From the IMG/VR virus record IMGVR_UViG_3300020074_000024, positions 1-55,094 of that record: a DNA stretch of 55,094 bases, one strand, 5' to 3'. Shown in pieces: positions 8,671 to 18,300 of this stretch. Below the pieces are notes generated by a model. The model ran no database searches. It was not told the DNA's origin and was given only the letters and a program-made list of their open reading frames with translations. Both the position numbers and the translations under genes were made by a program. Numbering within the stretch: the first letter of the stretch is position 1; each line of letters opens with the position of its first letter. The stretch comes from a virus. Lineage: Duplodnaviria > Caudoviricetes.

Positions 8671-8699
8671 AGTATAGCAGATATTGCCTATTTTGTCAA
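8671..8699 (-). promoter_or_regulatory. sigma70-type promoter TTGACA-N17-TATACT (extended -10), head of the early region
   Basis: agtata 8671-8676, tgtcaa 8694-8699. Confidence 0.82.
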
Positions 8700-8729
8700 G
8701 CGTTTTAGCGAAAATAGACGGCCAATTTT

Positions 8730-8747
8730 TCTAATTTTACGATTAGA
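8730..8747. promoter_or_regulatory. Palindromic site TCTAAT-N6-ATTAGA
   Basis: TCTAAT TTTACG ATTAGA, 30 bp upstream of the -35. Confidence 0.7.
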
Positions 8748-8781
8748 AATAAAACGAACGCGGGGCTGGTGAGGCCCCGCG
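8747..8781 (-). terminator. Intrinsic terminator ending the late operon
   Basis: Minus strand CGCGGGGC-ctcacca-GCCCCGCG followed by TTCGTTTTATTT. Confidence 0.7.
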
Positions 8782-8799
8782 CTCTCTCGGAGGATACGG

Positions 8800-9096
8800 C
8801 TATCGCGTCCGCAAGTGCGCCACTTGACTCACTGTGAACGCGAGACAGCCCGCCGCAATGGAACAAACCACCGCAGCGGCATCAATTGCAATTGCGCACA
8901 TCCACGCGCTCAGGCCAAGGGCCAACAGGGGCGTTCCCAGGCAAAGCCCAAGGACGACCCAACGCTTCGCAGCAAAAGACAATGCCTGAAACGCCGGGAT
9001 GGCCTCGACCAAAAAAGACCACAGGGCCCCCACGAACGCAGCAATGGCAATATCCTCACTCGCCAGTCTCAGCAGTGTCGGACAAATCGCTGTCAT
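8800..9096 (-). CDS. holin-like membrane protein
   Basis: About three hydrophobic segments, basic C-terminus, last gene of the late operon. Confidence 0.5.
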   Translation of the reverse strand: MTAICPTLLRLASEDIAIAAFVGALWSFLVEAIPAFQALSFAAKRWVVLGLCLGTPLLALGLSAWMCAIAIDAAAVVCSIAAGCLAFTVSQVAHLRTR

Positions 9097-9388
9097 CTCT
9101 CTCCTTTCCCACAAAATATACCCAAGTCATCCTGGGCTGCCCACTGCGCCCAGACACAAACATCTTCCGCCTGTACATGCGCCCCTCCCTGATGGCGCGG
9201 TCTACCTTCCTTCGGGTCGTCTCGTAGCATAGCCCCAGAGCCTCAGCCAGCTCGGTCATAGTTAGCCCGTCGCCCCTGACCTCCGGTCCATATCTAAGTG
9301 CCGTCCGGTATTGCTCGATGACGTCGTCTTCGGTTGCTCCGAGTTGATGCTCACCCAATTGTCCCTCCTCCAGTGATAGCGCCTCCAA
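9056..9388 (-). CDS. small HTH protein
   Basis: GLTMTELAEALGLCYETTRRKV; probable start TTG 9358 (GGAGGAGG RBS). Confidence 0.6.
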   Translation of the reverse strand: MEALSLEEGQLGEHQLGATEDDVIEQYRTALRYGPEVRGDGLTMTELAEALGLCYETTRRKVDRAIREGRMYRRKMFVSGRSGQPRMTWVYFVGKERDDSDLSDTAETGE

Positions 9389-10164
9389 CCAAACTCGTAG
9401 GAGCCGGAGTCCACAATGAAAAAGATACCGCCAACAGGCGTAAACCGTGAGGCAGCCCCCAGCTTGAACAGAAACTCGCTACGCATCTGCCAACCAGGGG
9501 TCAGCACAACCCTGGGGCGTGATACCTGCCCGCTATCCCCCAGTGTGTGAAGATGACTGAACACAGCCACGTCGGGCGGGGCGACGCCCTCCTCGGCGTG
9601 CCAGTCATAGAGTATTTTTGACAGACGCGCAGGCAATTGCGGTAACGTCCAAGGCATACTGGCGCGACCAGGTGGATGATGCTCAAAAAGAAACCTGACT
9701 CCCTCAACCTCCAGTCTGAGCGACCACCACGCAGGAGAACCCGGGGCAGGAACTGCCCCGATGACCCTGGCCAGTAAATCCTCGCTGGAGCCAGCGTAGC
9801 CGACGTGGAACCGAGACCCCTTCACAATGAAAATCTGCTCCGCTACTTCAACGGCGGGCTTCATGCAAGCTTCTGCATAAATCACCGCGTCGGCGCTGGA
9901 TTCACTAATCCTGCCATAGCGGGCCATCTCAGGGTCGTCAACACCATCCCCATTGAGCACGCAGATAACCGTGGCCCCGTGCTTCTTTTTCAGGGCGGCT
10001 ATGTCACGCCAGTAACTACAGTATGCCTCCCACAAAGCCTCCTGTGCCCTGGACAGAATGACAGGACTGGGACCCTCTGTGGTTTGCCGAACCTGGCCCG
10101 GCGGACACAAACCGACGCTGGAGTTTGGGTGCGTGTCAGCTATGCCTGCTATGATGACGGTCAT
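9262..10164 (-). CDS. Calcineurin-like metallophosphoesterase
   Basis: IADTH, LNGDGVD, VKGS..H, EHH, SHLH motifs. Confidence 0.8.
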   Translation of the reverse strand: MTVIIAGIADTHPNSSVGLCPPGQVRQTTEGPSPVILSRAQEALWEAYCSYWRDIAALKKKHGATVICVLNGDGVDDPEMARYGRISESSADAVIYAEACMKPAVEVAEQIFIVKGSRFHVGYAGSSEDLLARVIGAVPAPGSPAWWSLRLEVEGVRFLFEHHPPGRASMPWTLPQLPARLSKILYDWHAEEGVAPPDVAVFSHLHTLGDSGQVSRPRVVLTPGWQMRSEFLFKLGAASRFTPVGGIFFIVDSGSYEFGWRRYHWRRDNWVSINSEQPKTTSSSNTGRHLDMDRRSGATG

Positions 10165-10460
10165 TGCAGCAGCCTCGCCAAGATAACTGCCTGCAACAAC
10201 GCGATAGTCACGGTGGCTACCCTGTCCCAATTCGTCTTTCCGGTAGCAACATGAACCTGGAGCCTTTCCAGACAGTTATCTAACCGGTGCAAGCTGGCCT
10301 GCACCTCTTTCATGACGGAGTCCGTGGCCTGCTGGTCGCGTTCCAGCCTGAGCTGGCACGCCTTCAGCAAAGCAATCTCCCCGTGGGAGACCTTCACGTC
10401 GCCGTTGATTTCAGTGATTTTTTTCTCTATCCTGTCGAGCTGCGTTGTGCGCGTCATCAT
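10161..10460 (-). CDS. coiled-coil protein with C-terminal TM helix (holin/XhlA-like)
   Basis: Heptad-rich N-terminus, VATVTIALLQAVILARLL C-terminus. Confidence 0.55.
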   Translation of the reverse strand: MMTRTTQLDRIEKKITEINGDVKVSHGEIALLKACQLRLERDQQATDSVMKEVQASLHRLDNCLERLQVHVATGKTNWDRVATVTIALLQAVILARLLQ

Positions 10461-12712
10461 GCTCCCAGGCGTGTGAGGATTATTTCCAGTGAGTCCGGGG
10501 GGAGGTCAGGGTTAAGCGTCAGCACGCCGGAGTCCGCGTCATATTCTGTAGAAACGATGAAAAAGCAACGCCCCTCTACTGGCGTGAAGGTAGGGAAGTC
10601 TTGTAGCTGCAAAACACTGCCAGGACGAACCATCGCCAGGTTGACTGAGTGGCCATGCCTGTCACGCAGCCTCCTCACCTTGATACCAGACGCCTTCCAC
10701 GCCAGCTCGCTGTGGCGGGCAAGGTGCATGTCGCGAATGTTTTGCGCCTGCGCCGCTGAAACCCCTGAGCCAGCCGCAATACGCGCCTCCCGCCTGTCGT
10801 AACGCTCTATGGAACTCATGTCCTCCGCTGCCGCAGTCGCTCCAGCCGAGTGAGTTACAACCACGCTGTTAGCCAACTCCTCGGTGCTCTGAGTCAGCCC
10901 AAAGTCGCCTTCCAAGTCGCTCATGGAGACGAGGTAGTCAACGTACTCCTGGGTTGCCGTCCGGCGTGGAATGAACTCGGAGATAAAGGCCATGACCTGC
11001 CCCTCAGACGGCCCCCAGGTTACAGTCAACGATGCCTGTAAGACCCCAGGGTCATCCCATGCCTCAATTTGCTTGCGTGTGTCGAACCCAGCGTTAGGAT
11101 TACTCCGAAAGATAATGTCAGCGTCACAACCCGACCTCCAGGCAGGCATATTGACAAGCTCCTGTAGAAGCTGGCTGAGGTCAGGGGAATTGACCAGGCC
11201 AGCCGCAGGCCATACGCGGCTCCACGCAACCGCAGCGTGCGACTTCACCCTGGCAGAAGGCCAAGACACAGCAAATGTAGCTGGATTCACGCTGCGCTCG
11301 GCATAGAACGACCCTGTGACCGGCTCGTCAGCACCCAAGTCGCCCGCGCTGTTGAATGTAATTACCGCGCTCAGGATGCGGGCGTAGCGCGGGATAGTCA
11401 GGTTGCGGAATATCCATCCCGCGTGATAGTAGTTTACACCCGAGGCCCCGATACGCACCACGGCAGCATTGTGGGAGCTGTCAGCGCCGTCTGACCTGTC
11501 GTGCGCGTCGTCCGGCCCAGCACTGACCTGTACGGTCTGACCGCCGTTCAAGAACATGGCCACTGTATGCCACAGATTCAAGTAGAACCGTCGGGGCGGT
11601 GACTGAGAATCGCCCGCCTTGCCAACGGCCTCCAGGATAGCCTGTAGCGTCTCGTCCTCCCACTCGCCGCCATCCAAGTCAAATCCAGGAGTCCAGACGT
11701 TTTGCCAGTTCGTGCTGACTAACGGGCTCAACGGCAATACTCGCTCCACTACCTCGTCGCCGGTCTCGCCTGGGGCAGCGGTGACCGTGGCCCTGCGTTG
11801 CTGGAGCGACTCCCAAGCCCCAAACGCTGTTAACTCAGCCATACCGCCACTGCTGGTAGAACGGGCTATGTCGGCAATTCTTCCGGCCCACGCCTGCCCC
11901 ATACCGCAACGCAATTCCAGCCGATAGGCGCTCTTTGCAAATAACTCCGTGCGAACGCGCTGCGGTATCCAAAAGCGAGCTTCGCGAAAACCGCCCGGTA
12001 TAGACGCATTGAACCGCAGCCCCTTGACGTGCTGAATCAAACTAAGCGGGTCGCCCAGTAACGCGCCTGCTCGATTGAAAATGTAGGGCAAAACTCGCGC
12101 CGGGGCATGCGACACCGCATACGTGCGGGGCTCCTGCCACTCTATGAGCAAAAAATAAGGGGAAGCTCCTTCGGTAGAAAAAATGGCCGCCCACTCAGTT
12201 GTGGCGTCAGCGGGAACATCAGCGTTGACATCCCTGTTAGACACAAGCGTGTACTTCGTGTCGCCGGACAAGTTAACCCTCGAAGGGTCAACATCCATCT
12301 CGTACCACTGTCCCAAGGCAAACCTTCCGTCGCCAGTGTCAAAAAGGGCGCCCTCGTAAACACCGCCATAAGCGCCGTCATAGTTAGCCTCCCTATTTGC
12401 CGCTAATGTCTCCGCCCAGTCCCAGCGGTACACCATGCCAACAAAATCCTGGGTGGACGAGTCGGCCTGAACGCGAGCGCAGAGGCGGGCGCGCACAATC
12501 CTGGCCCTGGCAGGGAGATTAAGGCCAGCGGTAGGGATGCTCAAGAAGCCGCGCCGGACACGGTACGTCCCTGCCTCATGCCCCTGCCCAACGCGGATGT
12601 CCGCGCCCGCCGCGTATGATGCGGAGGATGTAGAACGAGCCGTTGCATACACCGCGTTGCTCCCCACGATATAGCCGTCAACGTCCTCGCCATACACCCG
12701 TATCTGTGGCAT
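10457..12712 (-). CDS. minor tail/baseplate hub protein with beta-sandwich insertions
   Basis: Second gene after the TMP; WAGRI and LTAFG hub-like motifs, C-terminal VRPG...YD; two related carbohydrate-binding-like modules. Confidence 0.65.
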   Translation of the reverse strand: MPQIRVYGEDVDGYIVGSNAVYATARSTSSASYAAGADIRVGQGHEAGTYRVRRGFLSIPTAGLNLPARARIVRARLCARVQADSSTQDFVGMVYRWDWAETLAANREANYDGAYGGVYEGALFDTGDGRFALGQWYEMDVDPSRVNLSGDTKYTLVSNRDVNADVPADATTEWAAIFSTEGASPYFLLIEWQEPRTYAVSHAPARVLPYIFNRAGALLGDPLSLIQHVKGLRFNASIPGGFREARFWIPQRVRTELFAKSAYRLELRCGMGQAWAGRIADIARSTSSGGMAELTAFGAWESLQQRRATVTAAPGETGDEVVERVLPLSPLVSTNWQNVWTPGFDLDGGEWEDETLQAILEAVGKAGDSQSPPRRFYLNLWHTVAMFLNGGQTVQVSAGPDDAHDRSDGADSSHNAAVVRIGASGVNYYHAGWIFRNLTIPRYARILSAVITFNSAGDLGADEPVTGSFYAERSVNPATFAVSWPSARVKSHAAVAWSRVWPAAGLVNSPDLSQLLQELVNMPAWRSGCDADIIFRSNPNAGFDTRKQIEAWDDPGVLQASLTVTWGPSEGQVMAFISEFIPRRTATQEYVDYLVSMSDLEGDFGLTQSTEELANSVVVTHSAGATAAAEDMSSIERYDRREARIAAGSGVSAAQAQNIRDMHLARHSELAWKASGIKVRRLRDRHGHSVNLAMVRPGSVLQLQDFPTFTPVEGRCFFIVSTEYDADSGVLTLNPDLPPDSLEIILTRLGA

Positions 12713-15288
12713 TAGCGAAGCCTCCTGTATCGGGGCCGATACTTAAGCCAAACACGGGTAAAGTCCCCTTTCCGCCAGGGATAACCCGTGCCAAAGTTGC
12801 GCCACATCAAATTGAGCTTCGCTGGAATGCGGACAGGGGCCAGTATCCAGCCGTAAAAGTCGCATCCTGACAGGAGGCGCTCCCAGTCATAGTCATATAC
12901 CGTGCTGCCGCATCGCCCTGACTCGATGGAGTCGAGCATCAGCAATGACAGGTAAGGCAGGCTTTCCTCGTTAGGGACTTCCACCAGGCCCTCCATGTCG
13001 TTAGCCAGCAGCTCCACCCCGTCCATGTCCACAGGAGAGCCGGTGCTAATCGCCCGTATCCAAACTTCCAGGCGGCAATAAACTCCGTCCACAGAGGAGT
13101 CCCAGTCGCCAGGGCGGTATTGCTGGGCGTCAGACGGGTCAACGTAATGGCTGGGTATAGCCACAACCTGCTGCTCCAGCTCCGGCACTCGCCAAACACT
13201 GTCGGCGTCAACCAAAAACTCAGGTGTGAACGGGCCATAATGCGCCCCCGTAGCGACCCTGTATCGCACATAGAAGTTGTCTGCCGCCCCTGTCTTGAAT
13301 CTTCCCGCTATCCTCCAAATGCCCAGGATGCGCCACAAGTCCTCCGGCTCCGCTGCAAGAGGGATGTCATACCGTTTTACACTTGCTGTCGTGGTGGGAG
13401 TGGTACGCGCGCAATTCCCGCCAGAGGCAGTAGCGTCTACCTGTGTGGCTGAGTCTACATCATACGTAGCCGCTCCAGCCTCGGCCTCAAACCAATGCAG
13501 GGAGTGGTTGCCCTTCAGTGCTCTCTTGCTGGGTATATCATCCCTGGGAACCCCGCGCCGAATCAAGCTGAAGTAGAACTGGCGCGGCTCCGAGCCTTCC
13601 AAGTAGTTTTGGATGAAAATCTTCACCCCCGCAGGGTAGTCACCAGGTACATTCTGAATCTCCGCCGCGTTCTGTCGCCCGGAAGGGTCATTCGCAATAA
13701 TACTGCTGCTTCCCTTAATGCGTGACCAGGGCAACTCGGCAGCCCCAAGTCCAGCCATTACAATGTCCGTCATCTCTGAGACCCTCAGAATGCTGTGCCA
13801 TGTCCTACAGTCGAGAACGGGGCCGCAATGTTCCCCAGAGGCAGAACAGCCAATGTACAAACTGGCACTCAGGGCAGGGCAGGCAAAGGCCGCAAACGCT
13901 ACGGGCGTCAGTAGCCCACCGGAGTTACTGTATATCCAGAAGCGAATGCCGTCATACGCCCATTGCGCGAACGCCCACAATCTAGTCCCCTTGGCAAATG
14001 TCACCGCCGCGCTGTTCGCTATGTTCGTCCCGTCCGTCATGGTGAAGCGGGTATTAACGCGATCATATGCCAGTGATATGCTGTCGCTCTGAAACACTTT
14101 CCCGTCGTCCCAATATCCGTCGTGCGCCTGAAGCGTGTCAAACACAACCAGTATTGTCGTGTCGGTGCGCTCGATAGCTGGCGGGATTAGCCCCCTGGAG
14201 TTGAGTACTCTATATGTGCCCGTGGCGCGAACGGACATGCTCAGGTGCGCCGCCCCACTGAATGAAAATCCGAGGCCAAGGTCGCCGTAAATGTACTCAG
14301 TACAACGAGGGGTCTCCTCCAACTGGAAGCAGTCGGCGTAAACAACCCTGTTAGCCTTGACCTCCAAACCAAACTCCACCGCCGCGTTGACGCCCGCAAA
14401 GCCTTGTGAGTAGGCCCTGTACCAGCCGTCATCAAGAGCCTCATAGAAGGTAGGCAAAGGGCCGTTGTAGTATAGCCGAGCGTCCGCTACCGTGACTGGA
14501 GCACCGTCAGGCCGCCTGAGCCAAACCTGCGCCGAGTGGCTATTGACGTTGCCGACGTTCACCGAACGGGTCAGTCGCCTGTCTGCACCGCCCGTCTCTG
14601 TGAGGAGCAGGCTGGCAAAGCCGTTCCGGACGTATGTGGGGTCTGTGTTCTCGTCCACGGTCAGGGCAGGGTTGGACGGACTCCAGCCATTATCCCTGTC
14701 CGCCTCGTATTCAAAGTCAGAATTAACGCACTTGTTGTAACAGCCGTGCTCCAATGAAAATCCGTTGCCGTAAGGCTCTATGGCCCCCTCGGCTTCGCCA
14801 ATCCACCTGTCCCACATGGGCTCCCAGCAGAAAATGCGCTCCCCGTTTTGCCCGAACCTGTGCCGAGTCCGACAGATGACGGCCAGCTCAGTGATTACAG
14901 CAAGCCTGCCCAGGGTGTCATACGCCGCCCCAGGTATCTCGTAGGTGATGGCGGGCGCATCCGTCTCATGGAAGCCGGTCAATCGCTTCCAGAGCCAGCC
15001 GCGACCAAAAGCGGTATCCAGCGACGTCCCGTCCCAGACCTTCACTCCCAGGAAGACGGGTTGGGAGCCAGCCACGCCGTTCTCATAATCTATGGCAGAC
15101 ATATTCATGCGCCCCAGCTCATGGAGTGCAGAGATAACGGCCTGGGATGCGTTCTCCTTGACGTATAGCCGGAGCTTGACGAACTCGCCGTCATCAGATA
15201 CCGGCTCCTCCAGGGGGTAGAAAAGACCCCAGTCAGCCAGGTCAACCTCGCGGCTACCACAAACGACCCGCACGGCTAACTTACCCAT
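12712..15288 (-). CDS. distal tail-like protein with CBM/LamG-like domains
   Basis: Directly after the TMP; N.DFE, QLEE...TEYI.G, LYIG, C-terminal YRPRY. Confidence 0.65.
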   Translation of the reverse strand: MGKLAVRVVCGSREVDLADWGLFYPLEEPVSDDGEFVKLRLYVKENASQAVISALHELGRMNMSAIDYENGVAGSQPVFLGVKVWDGTSLDTAFGRGWLWKRLTGFHETDAPAITYEIPGAAYDTLGRLAVITELAVICRTRHRFGQNGERIFCWEPMWDRWIGEAEGAIEPYGNGFSLEHGCYNKCVNSDFEYEADRDNGWSPSNPALTVDENTDPTYVRNGFASLLLTETGGADRRLTRSVNVGNVNSHSAQVWLRRPDGAPVTVADARLYYNGPLPTFYEALDDGWYRAYSQGFAGVNAAVEFGLEVKANRVVYADCFQLEETPRCTEYIYGDLGLGFSFSGAAHLSMSVRATGTYRVLNSRGLIPPAIERTDTTILVVFDTLQAHDGYWDDGKVFQSDSISLAYDRVNTRFTMTDGTNIANSAAVTFAKGTRLWAFAQWAYDGIRFWIYSNSGGLLTPVAFAAFACPALSASLYIGCSASGEHCGPVLDCRTWHSILRVSEMTDIVMAGLGAAELPWSRIKGSSSIIANDPSGRQNAAEIQNVPGDYPAGVKIFIQNYLEGSEPRQFYFSLIRRGVPRDDIPSKRALKGNHSLHWFEAEAGAATYDVDSATQVDATASGGNCARTTPTTTASVKRYDIPLAAEPEDLWRILGIWRIAGRFKTGAADNFYVRYRVATGAHYGPFTPEFLVDADSVWRVPELEQQVVAIPSHYVDPSDAQQYRPGDWDSSVDGVYCRLEVWIRAISTGSPVDMDGVELLANDMEGLVEVPNEESLPYLSLLMLDSIESGRCGSTVYDYDWERLLSGCDFYGWILAPVRIPAKLNLMWRNFGTGYPWRKGDFTRVWLKYRPRYRRLR

Positions 15289-15299
15289 CGTCCCTCAAT

Positions 15300-15317
15300 T
15301 CTAATTCCAGAATTAGA
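15300..15317. promoter_or_regulatory. Palindromic site TCTAAT-N6-ATTAGA
   Basis: TCTAAT TCCAGA ATTAGA within the 30-bp gap between the TMP stop and the next start. Confidence 0.7.
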
Positions 15318-15318
15318 T

Positions 15319-18300
15319 TCACGGCGTCCTCACCCCGTACCGGCTGGCGTTTCTGTAGCCACGCCCAACCCGCTCGCTTATCTGTCGCGCCAACTCGTCA
15401 ATGTCGGCGTCAGAACGGATAGACACCGGCCCCGTGATATAGACATTGGTGCTAACCCCCTGCCCAAGCAGCTCCCTCGTTTCCCCTGCGGGAATAACCA
15501 GCTCTGGCCCCTTCTCGGCCAGGAGGTAAAGCCCCTTCTTCGTCGCCAGGCCGCCCGCCTGCATAGCGGGAACCTCCGTCGGAATAAGCGAGGGCCCGAC
15601 TATACCAGCGAGCGAACCGTTGATGGCTCCGATAGCTCCTTCCAGAACGCCAAGCCCCGACAGAAGCCCAGCCGCCAGGCTGTTCACGATTGACGCGCCA
15701 ATGTCAAACAGAGATACGGCTCCCAGTCGAGCAACAAAGGCGTCCATAATGCCGAGTATCTCCCCGAGGGCGTCGGGGAACACACTGACGCTCAGGGCGT
15801 CCTGCAAGCCAAACATCAGCGAAGATAGCGCAGCCGTCACGCCCTCTAACCAACCGCCGACTTCTACCCACTCAGGGTGGGCCTCAAACAGGGTGGCCAA
15901 ACCCGTTGGCCCTGTCATCAGGCTGGTGACTGTCCAACGAATCAGGTCAACCACCGCCCTGATAGTGTTCTGAGTCGGCAAATTGCCATGTCGCGCCCCG
16001 AGTGCAAAGCGGTCAAAGAAACTCAGGAACGAGTCCAGCACGCGATTGATGGACTCCAGGGCCGGAGCCAGTGTACTCATGCGGCTGACCTGCTCCGTGC
16101 TGATGTCCAAATCAATAAACTTGTCCATCGTATAAGAGACAAGCGTAAATAGCTTATCCAACTGGCTGGCGTCAGGCATGGCTTGACCCACCAGCCCCCG
16201 CACGACGTTCAGAACTGTGCCAAGCGCGCCAAAGGCAGGTTCGATGCCGGAGAACGCCTCCGTGACTTCGGGCGTCAACCCTGCCGCCATAGCCGTTCTA
16301 AGCCCGCCACTCAGCTCTATGAGCAGCTTGGTCATAACCGACACAAAGGTGGCTATCTGGTGACGATTGACATGAAGTGCCTTCCCAGACAGGTCGGACA
16401 GGAACCTCAGGGACCCTGTCGCAATTGACAGTACCCTGGTAACCGTCTCGTTGAAGCCCTCGGCTACGGATATGCCCTCGCGCTCAAACCACTCCTGGAG
16501 CTCCCGCAGGCCCAAGACCAGCACCCGTAGCACAGTGCCAGTATCCTCGGTGAATCGCTGTGCTTGTAGCTGCGCGTTCGCCAGCTTAGTGTACGCTCCA
16601 AGGTTTGCCAGGAAAGAGAAGGATGAACCGAGCGCGCTCATCAGGGAGCCGATTGCCTCCGCCCATGTTCGCGCCGCTTCCACTCCTTCCATATTGAATC
16701 GCTTGCCTGCCTGAACGAGTACAGGCAATACCGACAGGACGTCCCCCACAAAAACAGTTGCCTTGTCAGCCAGCCCGGATACAGACTCGAAGGCAGCCAG
16801 CCCCTTCAAGAATGAAAAAGATGCATTCAGGGAGCTGAATAGCTTGCCAGTCCCATCGGCCCATTCCCCCGCCGCCTTGAGGCCCTCAGTGCCAAAGCGC
16901 GTGCCGGCATCTACAACAATCGGCAGAATGGCGAGGATGTCTCCAATGAGCGTCTGCACTCTTATCGCCGCATCAGTAAGGCCCTGATAAGCGCCTAACT
17001 CGCGCATGAAGTTGAACCCGGACTGGAGACTGCCGAATATGCCCCCTGCTCCCTCTGCGAACTCCCTGGCTGCCTGAATTCCGTCAAGCCCGAAAGAGGC
17101 CGCTAGCGCCCGCAGGTGGGGATAAATGGCCGCCACGTCCATCGTAAACGCCTGGATACGAGCCAGCAGATTACTGGGAGTGACGTACTCTGCCAAGGAG
17201 CGCATGTAGGCAAAGACAGAACTCAGCGAGTTGAATATGGCCCCTGCGCCTTCCGCCCAACCCCGCGCGACTTCCATACCCTCCAGGCCGAGCCTTCTGC
17301 CCAAGTCACGCAGGGAGGGATAAGTCGCGGCAACGTCCTCACAGAACCTCCCTATGCGGGCCAATAAGTCAGCGGGGGTCGTGTACCCTGCCAACGCTTG
17401 CATATAGTTGAACACAGAACCAAGGGCGGAGAAGATAGCCCCGGCGCCCTCTGCCCAGCCCCGCGCAACCTCCAGGCCGTCAACGCCAAACGACAAGCCG
17501 AGGGCCTTAAGCGAGGGATATACAGTGGCTATGTCCTGCGTGAACGCGGCAATCTTCGCGGAGAGGCCCACGGGCGTCGTGTACTCGGCCAGGCCGGACA
17601 TCAGGCGAAACACGCTAGACAGGGCATTGAAAATCGCCCCAGCCCCTTCCGCCCAGCCGCGAGCCTCCTGCAAGCCCGCCGTGCCAAAGAGCTCGCCCAG
17701 GGCCTTCAAGTGGGGGAACGTCCCCAAGACATCTCCGGTAAAGGCCCCAATGCGAGCCGACAAGTCAAGGGGGGTTACGTATGTCGCCAGGCTAGACATG
17801 AACGAGTAGGCAGAGCTAAGCGCGCTATAGATAGCCCCGGCGCCCTCAGCCCATTCCCTGGAAGCAGCAAGGCCCTCACTGCCGAGCCGAAGCCCAAGGG
17901 CGACAATGTGCGGCAGCGTCGCCTCTACATCGCGCAACAAAAGCCCGATGCGGTCAGATGTCCCTGCGTAAACAGACAAGCTGGCCATGAAGTCAAAAGC
18001 CGACCTCATGCCGCTGAAGATGGCCCCCGCGCCTTCTGCCCAATTGCGAGCCGTCTGGTCAGACTCAGACCACAACCGCAGGCCAACCTCCCGCAAGGCT
18101 GTGAACGCCACTTCCACGTCGGACGTGAACAGGCCCAGTTTGGCCGCCACGTCGAAAGTGACATACGTGGAGAGGGCGGACAGGGCGGAGAACGCGCTCT
18201 GTATGCCGTTGAACACGGCCCCAGCCGACCCGGCCCACTCAGCGGCTATCTCGTCAGACTCGGACGCCATGCGTACACCAAGCTCACGCAAAACGGAGTA

